Below the pieces are notes generated by a model. It was not told where the DNA came from. It saw nothing but the letters and a program-made list of their open reading frames with translations, and did not search any database. Positions 9,822 through 19,100 of a stretch of 64,000 nt of DNA are shown here, piece after piece; position 1 is the first letter of the stretch, and every line of letters starts with the position of its first letter. The translations under genes and the position numbers were made by a program. The DNA is from Oculatellaceae cyanobacterium bins.114 (lineage in GTDB: Bacteria; Cyanobacteriota; Cyanobacteriia; Elainellales; Elainellaceae). The stretch is from contig JANRJA010000023.1 in NCBI GenBank assembly GCA_033764315.1, positions 64,926 through 128,925 on the forward strand, given 5' to 3'.

Positions 9822-10262
9822 TTATAAGGGTGCTCCGCCATTTAACCGCTCCCACATAAAGAAGAGCGATCGCGGCAATCCAGCAGGAGGAAAGCTGCTT
9901 TCTGGGCAAAGTTGTTTCCCTGCAACACTCATAATCTGGTTATGAACAAATGATTCCTCGTGTGTAGCAAATTGGGATGCTATTTGCTCAGTAATTATCT
10001 TGATGTTGCCACCTCGTCTCAGCGATTCACAGACGCGATCGCCATACTGCCAAATCTCTTCGTCTGACAATTGCCCCAATGCGGTGAGATAAACCTCTGC
10101 TTGAGAATAGGGCATCCCATTGTAAATATCTTGAACCACTTGCTCTCTAAAATCGCTGGGTGAAATGGCCGGTGTGCTTGAGCGACTGGAGCAACTGGTC
10201 ATTAAAGCTACAAGTAATCCGATGGGAATCAAGAGACGACAGCGCATTAATGAAGATATCAA
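9822..10262 (-). CDS. hypothetical lipoprotein
   Basis: Lipobox-like LLVALMTSC; paired Cys (RVCESL, QLCPE). Confidence 0.6.
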   Translation of the reverse strand: MISSLMRCRLLIPIGLLVALMTSCSSRSSTPAISPSDFREQVVQDIYNGMPYSQAEVYLTALGQLSDEEIWQYGDRVCESLRRGGNIKIITEQIASQFATHEESFVHNQIMSVAGKQLCPESSFPPAGLPRSLFFMWERLNGGAPL

Positions 10263-10381
10263 AGTAGGGGCGATCGCTTGAAAACATAAATAAGGAACTG
10301 CATCTTAACAAAATTGTTGGATGCGGAGGGGCAATTGAGAAATCGGAGTAGCATGGTGTTACCGCGTGTCGGGCTAGTCAT

Positions 10382-11158
10382 ATGTCTCAAGAAACTCTGA
10401 CCTCAGCAGATCTGGTCATTCCTGATATCAGCCACATTGTCACCGAAGACGATACCCCTGTGGATAACTTTCAGTCTGAGAAGCAACAACGACTGCTCGT
10501 AGAACCGCTCTACAGTTCTCAAATTGTGCCTGCCCCATTCATCGCAGCGGCAAATGTGGGCTTGTTCTATGCACTGAAACAGCCACCGATTGTGCCAGAT
10601 GCGTTTTTAAGTTTGCGGGTGCAAGTGCCCTCTGATTGGAGCCAGAAACAAAACCGCTCCTACTTTAGTTGGGAGTTTGGCAAGATGCCGGAAGTCTGTA
10701 TCGAGGTCGTCTCCAATCGAGAAGGTGATGAACTGAACCGCAAAAAGCAGCTTTATGCCCAAATCGGAGTGGCTTACTATGTCGTGTTTGATCCCCTGCG
10801 ACAGTTGCAAGAATCACACCAAATGAATGGTTCACTGTTGCGGGTGTGGAGGTTGACGGGAGGGCAGTATGTCGAATTAACGGCAGAACAAATTCTTAAC
10901 GTGGAGCAATCGGTTTGGCTTGAAACGGTTGGGGTTGGCTTGACTCTCTGGGAAGGAGAATTTGAGGGAGTGGAAGGGTTATGGCTGCGGTGGTGTCAGC
11001 AGGATGGGCGATTAATTCCTACGGGAAAGGAGCGGGCTGACCAAGAGCAACAACGTGCCGACCAAGAGCAACAACGTGCTGACCAAGAGCAACAACGCGC
11101 TGAGAAGCTAGCAGAGCGGCTGCGGGCAATGGGAATTGACCCAAATGAGGTGTTATAA
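10382..11158 (+). CDS. Uma2 family putative endonuclease with coiled-coil tail
   Basis: TEDDTPVDN..SEKQQRLL, VPDAFLSL, PEVCIEVVSN, YYVVFDP; C-terminal (ADQEQQR)x3 and LAERLRAMGIDP. Confidence 0.9.
   Translation: MSQETLTSADLVIPDISHIVTEDDTPVDNFQSEKQQRLLVEPLYSSQIVPAPFIAAANVGLFYALKQPPIVPDAFLSLRVQVPSDWSQKQNRSYFSWEFGKMPEVCIEVVSNREGDELNRKKQLYAQIGVAYYVVFDPLRQLQESHQMNGSLLRVWRLTGGQYVELTAEQILNVEQSVWLETVGVGLTLWEGEFEGVEGLWLRWCQQDGRLIPTGKERADQEQQRADQEQQRADQEQQRAEKLAERLRAMGIDPNEVL
11036..11098 (+). repeat. 3 x 21-bp coding tandem repeat (ADQEQQR)
   Basis: GC(T/C)GACCAAGAGCAACAACG(T/C) x3. Confidence 0.9.
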
Positions 11159-11184
11159 ACAGAGGTGCCCTAACTGCGATCGCT

Positions 11185-14100
11185 ATGCGAATCACAATTG
11201 ATCTCAACTTAAGCTCTGAGGTAGACCAGGAGACATTATTTCAGGGTTTGACTGTTTGGCAACAGTTGGGATTATTATCGGATGCGCAAATCCGGCAATT
11301 GTGTGAAACCTATTTATCGGTTCCCTTACCTCCTTTGCCTGTTCGTCCTGATGGGCTATTGCCTACCCCTGCGATCGCCACTGCAACAGATTTTGTGGCA
11401 GTAGAGACAACGCCTGAGCCAGTGCGATCGCGGCTCTCGGTAAAACGCCCCAGCCACTCAGGTGACTCTGTCTCACTGATCCCTCGGTTGTTGCAGTCCT
11501 TTGTCGCCGAGATTAGCGTTATCTGGTTGCTGTTTCTGGGAGTATTTCTTGTTGTTGTCTCCTCTGGGGTTTTGGCGGCGACGCAATGGCGAAATTTTCC
11601 TCCTATCGGGCAATATGGCATTTTGTTTGCCTACACGCTGGCTTTTTGGGGAGTCAGTGTGTTGCTTGGGCGGCAAGAACGGTTGCAACTGACTGCCCGG
11701 ATGTTGTCGATCGCCACGCTGCTGATCATCCCTGTCAATTTCTGGATGATGGATGGGTTGCGGGTGGGGCAAAGCTTGGTTGGGTTAGCCGTAACCGCGA
11801 TCGCCTCTGGGGTCTTAGCTTTTATGACCCTTCAAATTCTGCGGCCAACCTCAATGGTGCTCATTGGCAATGCGATCGCTTTAAGTGTGTTGCATTGGGG
11901 CTGGGGATGGGCTGGGGTGCCGCTGATAGCAACCTATGTGGGCGCGATTGGAACTGCTTTTTGTCTACTGCGATCGCCACCACAAGAGCAACCCTCCGGT
12001 GCTTCCTCAGAACCCCCTCCATCTTTTTCTCTGGCGAGAATTGCGATCGCCTTTGCGGTCTTGCTGCTGATCGGTCGAGCCATATTTGCGGCGCAGGTGC
12101 CCCCCAGTCAGTTGGGGTTAGCATTTGGGATTTGCGGTTGGTTGCTCAATCGGTTATCGCGTCCAATGCCTAACTCAGTCATTTTGGGACGGGTGGGAGC
12201 AGCGTTGTTGATCTTGGGCTGGCTGGTGTCCGTTACTGAGGAACCGCCCTGGCAAGCGATCGCCGTTAGTGGTTTGGGCTTGGGGTTGCTCTGGCGCAAC
12301 TTGCGACAGCATTGGCGACGGAGTGAGTTGACAGCGTTGCTCTTTGTCGGATTTCAGGCGTTTTGGTTATTGTGGTTTGTTGTCCCCTGGGCATGGCGAC
12401 AGGGCATCTTGATGACTGCCAGTGCGATCGCCGATTCTGTGAGTGCTCCGGAACTGGCTAGTCTGGGTGGCTTTGTCTATGTTGCAGGTATGGTTGGGTT
12501 GGCCATTAGGTTGCGACGACAACACCCCTCGTTAGCGCAGCACACTGAAGGGATGGCGTTAGTGTTGGGCGGTTTGATGGTGCTGCTGAGTTGGGCTGTG
12601 CCACTGGTGCGATCGCTCAATCTGTTGATCGCAGTCTTGCTTTTAGTAGGGGTGATTCGCGATCGCCCCGCTCAGCGATTTGGCATCTACTTGACCCATG
12701 CGATTGGGCTGGCAGCTTTGCTCTCGTGGGTTGAAACGTTGTTTCCTGATCTGAACGAAATCACTGGAGCAGCCATTCTTCTCATGTTGATGGTGGCGGA
12801 ATGGATGATCAGCATCGTTCCAGTGGCGTTGTTGTGGCGGCAAAGTGCCTGGTATCTAGGGCTGATTTTGGCGGCTCTAACGTATCCCTTGCTCTGGGCA
12901 ACCGATCCCCTAACCTCCTGGAACTTGATTGGGTTAGCCACACCCATCATGCTCACTGTCGTGGCTAGCCGCCCATTAGCTGTGCAACCTCGTATTGCGG
13001 CTTGGTTAACCGTTCCTGCGTTGGTCTTGCAACTATTAATTCTGAATGCTCTGTCTCCCCAAATCATGACGTTTGGCGTGGGCACGCTGTTACTCTGGGT
13101 CAACTCTCGGCAGTTGCGATCGCTGGTATTGGCAATTCTCACGGTGGGTTTTGGGTTGAGTTGTGTCAGCACCTGGGTTTATCAAGCATTTTCGACTCAA
13201 CTGACAATGCAGTGGGCTACGCTGCTACTGGCGATCGCCTTAACAGTCTTGTGGAGCTTGCGAGGTTGGCTTCAACGCCGACCCACTCCTATGCATACCC
13301 TATATGCGATCGCAACCGATGGTTGGGCGATCGGGCTGTGTAGTGTGCTGTTGCTGATTTTGACCGTCAATGTTGTCAGTGGGTATGGAGACTTTGAGAC
13401 GGTTACAGGCTTGTTTCTTTGGGCAGCGGGACTGACAACAGGGGCACTGGTCTATCGGCTATGGGAACAACCAGCCGAATTGGGATTGTGGGGCTTGGCA
13501 TGGGCAGTGGAGGTTTGGGTTGCGGGCGCGCTGCTGTACCTGAATCCGGCTGCAACAATCACACCCTTGGCGATCGCCACTCTAGCCTTGGGGTTTGTCA
13601 CACAATTGGCAGGAGACGGGTGGGTTGCGTTTCGACGGGGTGTTTATCAAAATAGCTGGCACGCTATTCCCCTCACTTATGGCGTGTTAGGACTGCTCCT
13701 GTCGCACTCCACCTACACCGAATTCACCGGGCTGTATACCTTAGCGGCGGCTTTAATCTGGGTTGGGGTCGGGCGACGGCAACCCTTCTTGCAGCCGATC
13801 ACCTATCTTGCTTTGGCAGGGGTGTCGATCGCGTTTTATGAGTTGCTAATTTACCAACTTTTGCAAGCTCAAGGAGGCAATGCTGGGGATGGCATCACCT
13901 TGTTAGCAGGATTGGCGATTTTGATTGCGGTGGGCGATCGCCTCCTCAGTCGATGGCTACTATCTTACTTGCGCCTTGACTGCCGAGGATTGAGCACCAT
14001 TGCTGACGTGCATTGGCTATTGGGCAGCGGGTTAGCCCTTCTCGCTGTCTTCTCATCCCCCAGCGAAACCGGATTTTCCCTGTGGCTGGGGGTTTCAACT

Positions 14101-15105
14101 GCTCTAGCGGCCTATGCTCTAGCCAATGGCAACCGCTACTTGAGGACAGACGCGATTAATCGCGCCCCTATTACCTCTCCATACTCCACCAGCCAACCCC
14201 CAACCCCCGTATCCCACTCCCCACTCCCCAGTACGGGCGCGATTAATCGCGTCCCTTCCTACGCCCCTTCTCCCGAAGCGTGGACTTATGCAGGCATCAT
14301 CGAAGCCTTTCTCTTAATCACCTACGCTCTTTATCGTTTGTTGCCTGATCCCCAGATTCTCACCGCTTGGGGAGGGGCGATCGCCGCTGTTCTCTGTCTC
14401 TTTTTACATCCTCTGCCGTGGCAGCGTTGGGGCTGGTCTGCTCAACCCTGGAAGCAGACAACGGCTGTATTACCGGGGCTGGTCGCGGCATTAACATGTT
14501 GGGGAATTGCTCTGCAAACGTTGCTAATTGTCGGCGCGTTTTATGCCTGGTTAGCCAAAACCCAGGGACAGTTACGCCTCAGCTACATCAGCGTTCTTTT
14601 GCTCGATTGGGCTATGCTGCGGTTTCTCAACCATCAGGGGTGGACAGAACCCGTGTGGATCAGCACAATTGTTGGCTGCTCAGTGCTGTATGTCGTGCAG
14701 ATTGACCCAGAGTTGCAGGAACAGAGCGATCGGGAGAACCGACATCTACTGCGGCTCTTGGCAACGGGTTTAATCTGCCTAACGGCTCTCTATCAAGCTG
14801 AAATCGAACTGCAACTAACAGCGATCGTGTTTGCATTACTTACTTTGGGACTCAGTGTTGGACTGATTCTGCTAGGTATTGTGCTGCGAGTTCGAGCATT
14901 TTTGTATGTTGGAACCGCCACGTTCATCTTTCGTGTATTGCGGCTGTTGTGGTTATTTGTCAGCAGTTACTCTGCGTTGCTCTGGGCAGTAGGCATTGTG
15001 TTAGGGTTAATTTTTATTTGGATTGCCGCAACCTTTGAAGCTCGCCGCACCCAGGTCAACATCTTGATGCAAACTTGGACGGCAGAATTGTCTGTTTGGG
15101 AATGA
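11185..15105 (+). CDS. very large multi-pass membrane protein (DUF2157-like), function unknown
   Basis: 1306-aa ORF with dozens of hydrophobic helices; EISVIWLLFLGVFLVVVSSGVLAA and RAFLYVGTATF..AATFEARR segments. Confidence 0.8.
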   Translation: MRITIDLNLSSEVDQETLFQGLTVWQQLGLLSDAQIRQLCETYLSVPLPPLPVRPDGLLPTPAIATATDFVAVETTPEPVRSRLSVKRPSHSGDSVSLIPRLLQSFVAEISVIWLLFLGVFLVVVSSGVLAATQWRNFPPIGQYGILFAYTLAFWGVSVLLGRQERLQLTARMLSIATLLIIPVNFWMMDGLRVGQSLVGLAVTAIASGVLAFMTLQILRPTSMVLIGNAIALSVLHWGWGWAGVPLIATYVGAIGTAFCLLRSPPQEQPSGASSEPPPSFSLARIAIAFAVLLLIGRAIFAAQVPPSQLGLAFGICGWLLNRLSRPMPNSVILGRVGAALLILGWLVSVTEEPPWQAIAVSGLGLGLLWRNLRQHWRRSELTALLFVGFQAFWLLWFVVPWAWRQGILMTASAIADSVSAPELASLGGFVYVAGMVGLAIRLRRQHPSLAQHTEGMALVLGGLMVLLSWAVPLVRSLNLLIAVLLLVGVIRDRPAQRFGIYLTHAIGLAALLSWVETLFPDLNEITGAAILLMLMVAEWMISIVPVALLWRQSAWYLGLILAALTYPLLWATDPLTSWNLIGLATPIMLTVVASRPLAVQPRIAAWLTVPALVLQLLILNALSPQIMTFGVGTLLLWVNSRQLRSLVLAILTVGFGLSCVSTWVYQAFSTQLTMQWATLLLAIALTVLWSLRGWLQRRPTPMHTLYAIATDGWAIGLCSVLLLILTVNVVSGYGDFETVTGLFLWAAGLTTGALVYRLWEQPAELGLWGLAWAVEVWVAGALLYLNPAATITPLAIATLALGFVTQLAGDGWVAFRRGVYQNSWHAIPLTYGVLGLLLSHSTYTEFTGLYTLAAALIWVGVGRRQPFLQPITYLALAGVSIAFYELLIYQLLQAQGGNAGDGITLLAGLAILIAVGDRLLSRWLLSYLRLDCRGLSTIADVHWLLGSGLALLAVFSSPSETGFSLWLGVSTALAAYALANGNRYLRTDAINRAPITSPYSTSQPPTPVSHSPLPSTGAINRVPSYAPSPEAWTYAGIIEAFLLITYALYRLLPDPQILTAWGGAIAAVLCLFLHPLPWQRWGWSAQPWKQTTAVLPGLVAALTCWGIALQTLLIVGAFYAWLAKTQGQLRLSYISVLLLDWAMLRFLNHQGWTEPVWISTIVGCSVLYVVQIDPELQEQSDRENRHLLRLLATGLICLTALYQAEIELQLTAIVFALLTLGLSVGLILLGIVLRVRAFLYVGTATFIFRVLRLLWLFVSSYSALLWAVGIVLGLIFIWIAATFEARRTQVNILMQTWTAELSVWE
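14149..14255. repeat. pair of CGCGATTAATCGCG palindromes around a C-rich spacer, in-frame inside a CDS
   Basis: GACGCGATTAATCGCGCCC ... GGGCGCGATTAATCGCGTC; related copy at 26022-26046. Confidence 0.85.
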
Positions 15106-15213
15106 CTCAAACGGGTGACTCGAACAGGTGAATCAACAGGGTAAATCTAACGTTAAGATAGTGTTTGGTTTGATTAAGATCGTATTTAGTTGATTTACTA
15201 ACGGGAACCGCCT

Positions 15214-16005
15214 GTGCTGAATACCCTGATTGCCGACTTTCGCATCATCTTTGATCGCGACCCCGCTGCCCGCAACTGGTTAGAGGTGCTGTTTTGCTAT
15301 CCTGGGCTTCAGGCATTGGTGTTTCACCGCTTTGCCCATCAGCTTTATCGCTGGCACATGCCCTTTATTCCCCGCTTGATGTCTCATATTGCCCGCTTCC
15401 TCACAGGCATTGAGATTCACCCTGGTGCAGCGATCGGGCGAGGTGTGTTTATTGACCACGGCATGGGCGTTGTGATTGGCGAAACGGCGATCGTAGGCAA
15501 CTATGCCCTGATTTATCAAGGGGTGACGCTAGGCGGCACAGGTAAGCAGAGCGGCAAACGCCACCCGACCTTGGGCGAAAATGTGGTTGTCGGTGCTGGA
15601 GCAAAGGTTTTAGGGAATCTGCAAATTGGTGATAATGTTCGCATTGGGGCAGGCTCTGTCGTGTTGCGCGACGTGCCCTCAGATTGCACGGTTGTGGGTG
15701 TACCAGGACGCATTGTTTATCGATCTGGAGAACGAGTGGGGCCGTTGGAACACGGTAGATTGCCTGACTCTGAAGCACAGGTGATTCGGGCACTGGTCGA
15801 TCGCATTGAAGCCCTCGAACATCAGTTAAAAGCACTTCAACCCGCTAAACCTCAAGCCCTGATTGAGCCTATCCCCGTGTTTGCGTCGGTTTCTCGCGCA
15901 GATGCAACGGACTCTACATCTGATGATTCAGACATCGATCACGCCACTGCCTGTCGTCTGCGGGACAAAGTCATCGAAGAATTTTTGAACGGCTCTGGAA
16001 TTTGA
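15214..16005 (+). CDS. cysE: serine O-acetyltransferase
   Basis: RDPAARNWLEV, TGIEIHPGA..FIDHGMGVVIGETA..GVTLGGTGK..KRHPTLG hexapeptide repeats. Confidence 0.96.
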   Translation: MLNTLIADFRIIFDRDPAARNWLEVLFCYPGLQALVFHRFAHQLYRWHMPFIPRLMSHIARFLTGIEIHPGAAIGRGVFIDHGMGVVIGETAIVGNYALIYQGVTLGGTGKQSGKRHPTLGENVVVGAGAKVLGNLQIGDNVRIGAGSVVLRDVPSDCTVVGVPGRIVYRSGERVGPLEHGRLPDSEAQVIRALVDRIEALEHQLKALQPAKPQALIEPIPVFASVSRADATDSTSDDSDIDHATACRLRDKVIEEFLNGSGI

Positions 16006-16077
16006 AAAGGTTGATAGCGTTAATAGTCAATGGTCAATCGTTAATTGTCCATGACGCGATGTGCAACTTAGAGGTTT

Positions 16078-16144
16078 AGATCCCCGGTTTCTCGTGGAGC
16101 ATCTTCAAAGGGGTCTGACAAACCTCACCAGAAACCGGGGAGCT
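16078..16144. repeat. short inverted-repeat element (family shared with 41775-41843)
   Basis: AGATCCCCGGTTTCT ... AGAAACCGGGGAGCT. Confidence 0.75.
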
Positions 16145-16226
16145 GGAGGGAATCCTGCACCGAGTCAATAGTCAGTGGAACGATCTGTTCAAATTTAAAA
16201 GTTTTAACCGTAAGGGATACAGCCGT

Positions 16227-16574
16227 TTGGCAATAGGCGCAACAATCAGCGTTGTTTACATATTGGCAGTTGGGCGGAAAGAAGGCGATCGATTGTTTAT
16301 TGCAGATCAAGAGGTAAATCTCGATGAAATGATTAAACTATCAACTGCATCAAAACCCTTATCTGCCTATACAGACAAATTTGCTGATGAAATGATTGTT
16401 TTAACCTTACATGGAAAGACGATTGCAGTTGTTACCGCCATCAAAGATATTGATCCTGAACCCTTTTCTCTAAGCACCAATCCTGATTCTTTAGCCATCA
16501 TTCAGAATATACAGTAAGAATTCAAAGCAGGTAGGAAACTGTTGTTGGAAGAGATGAAACAAGAAATTTTGTAG
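16227..16574 (+). pseudogene. decayed type II toxin-antitoxin pair: RelE/ParE-like toxin 3' remnant fused to Phd/YefM-like antitoxin with internal stop
   Basis: VYILAVGRKEGDRLFIADQEVNL (toxin-like C-terminus), then MIKLSTASKPLSAY..IVLTLHGKTIAVV..LSTNPD; TAA at 16515-16517; frame continues EFKAGRKLLLEEMKQEIL to TAG at 16574. Confidence 0.65.
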
Positions 16575-16677
16575 TAGAGCACTCGAGAACTATGCAGTAT
16601 CAAGGCATAATCTCGATCGAGTTTGGAAAGTGGAGCAGTAAATTTTGTCTTTGTGGGATATCTAACCTAAAGTCGCA

Positions 16678-17586
16678 ATGTCAGATCTAGCCAGTATTGA
16701 AAAACTTAAGTTAGAGAAACTGCTGGAAATGGAGAGCGGTTATGTACTTGATTTTTCAAACTTTACCTTTAAGGAATTCATCCTGGAAAATCTGAATATT
16801 GATATATATGACGAAAAATATAACTATCGAAGTGGCTCAAAAGCAAACCGTTTAAGGGGCTTTTGGGTAGAAGAACCTAATTTCATAGTAGGAAACCTTT
16901 TAGAAAAATTATTAGAGTATTGGAAGACAAAAAAGCTAATAGCTGGGAAAGCTATTACGCCTGAAGATGAAATGTTATTTAATGAATGTCAAAAAATTGT
17001 TGAAAGGCTGAAAGGAGACCCTGTAAAGCAAAAGAGTGAGGAAATTAAAAATCAGGAAGAATTCTCTTTTATTCGAGCAAATCTTTTGCTTGAATTTGAT
17101 AGGTTTGCGCTTTTAGAAAAGGCAGAAGATAAGAGACAGAGGGGATTCCTGCTTGAAGACTTGCTAAATCGCTTTTTTTCACTCTATGAAATTCCGACAC
17201 AAAAAAGCTTTAAGAGAAATGAAGGTGGAGAACAAATAGACGGAGCTTTTAAGCTTGATGGCTGGTACTATTTAGTTGAATGTAAATGGACTGAAAATCT
17301 AACAGATATAAGACAACTTGACAGTCTTTATGGAAAAGTAAACCGTTCTGGCAGGCAGACATTAGGGCTTTTTTTATCAGTTAATGGTTGGTCAAAGAAT
17401 GTGTGTCCTTTATTGAAGCAAAATAATGACAAATCTATTATCCTAATGGATGGTTTTGACTTGCGATCTGTTCTCGTTGAAGAGAATAACTTACATTTGA
17501 GAGATTTACTTTTAAAGAAACTAGAACATCTAAATTTTGAAGGAGAACCTTTTTACAGTGCAAATCTCCTTTTAAGGGATATCTGA
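16678..17586 (+). CDS. putative restriction/abortive-infection nuclease (AbiJ-like N-terminal domain + Mrr-like PD-(D/E)xK domain)
   Basis: LEMESGYVLDFSN..GSKANRLRGFW; RGFLLEDLL..GEQIDGAF..YLVECKW..GLFLSVNGWS; AT-rich, no HIP1 site seen. Confidence 0.75.
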   Translation: MSDLASIEKLKLEKLLEMESGYVLDFSNFTFKEFILENLNIDIYDEKYNYRSGSKANRLRGFWVEEPNFIVGNLLEKLLEYWKTKKLIAGKAITPEDEMLFNECQKIVERLKGDPVKQKSEEIKNQEEFSFIRANLLLEFDRFALLEKAEDKRQRGFLLEDLLNRFFSLYEIPTQKSFKRNEGGEQIDGAFKLDGWYYLVECKWTENLTDIRQLDSLYGKVNRSGRQTLGLFLSVNGWSKNVCPLLKQNNDKSIILMDGFDLRSVLVEENNLHLRDLLLKKLEHLNFEGEPFYSANLLLRDI

Positions 17587-17707
17587 AAAGTTTTGGTAGT
17601 GGGTGGCAAATCAGTTTAGATTCCCTCTTTAAGTCTCTTTAAAGGTTGAAGGCTTTTCCTCCTTTTCTAACTGAGGGAAATATAGAAACACTTAAAATCG
17701 TTAGCAT

Positions 17708-18271
17708 CTAAAGCTTCAACCAGCCAAACACATCAGCAATCGTGAGTTGCAAGTTAGCCACCAAATCGGGAATAGGTAAAACGTCTTGGTCTTCTTGAAG
17801 AAACTCAGGTTGTTGTCCAGATGGATAGATCAGCAGCGATCGCTCTTCTGGATCAATCAGCCACCCCATCTGACAACCATGCTTTAAGCAATGCAGAATA
17901 TTGCCTGTTACTTTTGTTGGGCTTTGATCTGGAGAGAGAATCTCGATCGTCCAATCTGGACAAACGGGGAAGACATTGGCAATGTCACCATTATCATCAA
18001 CAGGAATTCGATTCCATGAAAAAACTGAAACATCCGGAACAATCGAGCGATCGCCAAAGGTACACCTTAATTCTGGGAAGGCATGGGCAACTCGTTGCTT
18101 TTTGACAACAGTGTTAATTGCCGTAACCAGTTCACCCTGAATAATGCTGTGTTTTCCCTGTGGCATTGGTTTTTGAATGACTCGCCCATCGATATATTCA
18201 CTCGCTGGTTTTGTTTCTGGTAACTTCAGAAACTCCTCCAGCGTGATTGTTTTTTCTGGCACCTGTACCAT
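17708..18271 (-). CDS. Uma2 family putative endonuclease
   Basis: TLEEFLKLPETKPASEYIDG..KPMPQGKHS..VPDVSVF..PDWTIEILSPDQ. Confidence 0.92.
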   Translation of the reverse strand: MVQVPEKTITLEEFLKLPETKPASEYIDGRVIQKPMPQGKHSIIQGELVTAINTVVKKQRVAHAFPELRCTFGDRSIVPDVSVFSWNRIPVDDNGDIANVFPVCPDWTIEILSPDQSPTKVTGNILHCLKHGCQMGWLIDPEERSLLIYPSGQQPEFLQEDQDVLPIPDLVANLQLTIADVFGWLKL

Positions 18272-18512
18272 CAGAGGAATTCCCTTGGCTCAACAGCAAT
18301 CTGGCAAGAAAGAAGGGCACAACCCACCCAAAGGGTATGCCCCATTTTAACTTCGCTTGTACGTCTACACAGGCAGCAGTGTGTCTAGAATTTCCATCGG
18401 CAGATCTAGACAAAAAGGACGTATTAGCAGTGGGGTGAAGTTCGGTAAGCTCGAATTGGTGCCATTTGCTGCTCTGGTTACAGACGTAACTTTGCTTTTG
18501 TAAGCTGGTTTG

Positions 18513-19091
18513 CTATGGATTGACCGATTTCACTGTCCACTCATGATCAATCTGCTGATAAATAAAGCGGTTTTGCGGCTCACCTCTCAATTCCAGGTGA
18601 TCCACCAGAGTTGGTTCAAGCAGTAATAGACAGAAGGTAGGAAGTGGATTGAGTGGATCGGGCGGTGGTGGCGTGAATGGGTCATCGGGCGATCGCAGTT
18701 GCCCCGGCTCAGCCCAGGCAAATTGCACCCGTGCGGCATCTGAGAGTTCTTGCCACTGAATCTGTCGAGCTTTGACCAGGTTAAGGTCGGCGTGGCTCTC
18801 TTGTATTAGAACCAGTTGCCCCAACAGGCGAAACTGCTCACGAGTCTTGGGAAAGTACCAACACACTTCGCCCCAAGCATTTTGCGGAATCTGCACAGCT
18901 TTTTCACTGCGATCGTCTGTGATGAATTTAAGCTGGTTGGTGTCTTCTAAAAAACCCCGAAAGACGATAGTGCGGTTTGCAGGTCGTCCATCCGATCGCA
19001 CGGTTGCTAGTTGCACATAACGAGCATAGACTAGAGCGCGATTGCGATGAAGTGCACGAGCGATCGCTGACCTCCAGGGAGCTAATGTCAT
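18513..19091 (-). CDS. pyridoxamine 5'-phosphate oxidase-like FMN-binding protein (PPOX family)
   Basis: YVQLATVRSDGRPANRTIVFRGF..TDDRSEK..CWYFPKTREQFRL..VDHLEL. Confidence 0.88.
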   Translation of the reverse strand: MTLAPWRSAIARALHRNRALVYARYVQLATVRSDGRPANRTIVFRGFLEDTNQLKFITDDRSEKAVQIPQNAWGEVCWYFPKTREQFRLLGQLVLIQESHADLNLVKARQIQWQELSDAARVQFAWAEPGQLRSPDDPFTPPPPDPLNPLPTFCLLLLEPTLVDHLELRGEPQNRFIYQQIDHEWTVKSVNP

Positions 19092-19100
19092 GGAGACGTG

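Noticed and set aside
11036-11098. 21-bp repeats as a mini-CRISPR
   Set aside because: No spacers; this is the coding coiled-coil tail typical of Uma2 proteins
16227-16517. 96-aa ORF as an intact gene
   Set aside because: Better explained as a frameshift fusion of two gene remnants with a premature stop
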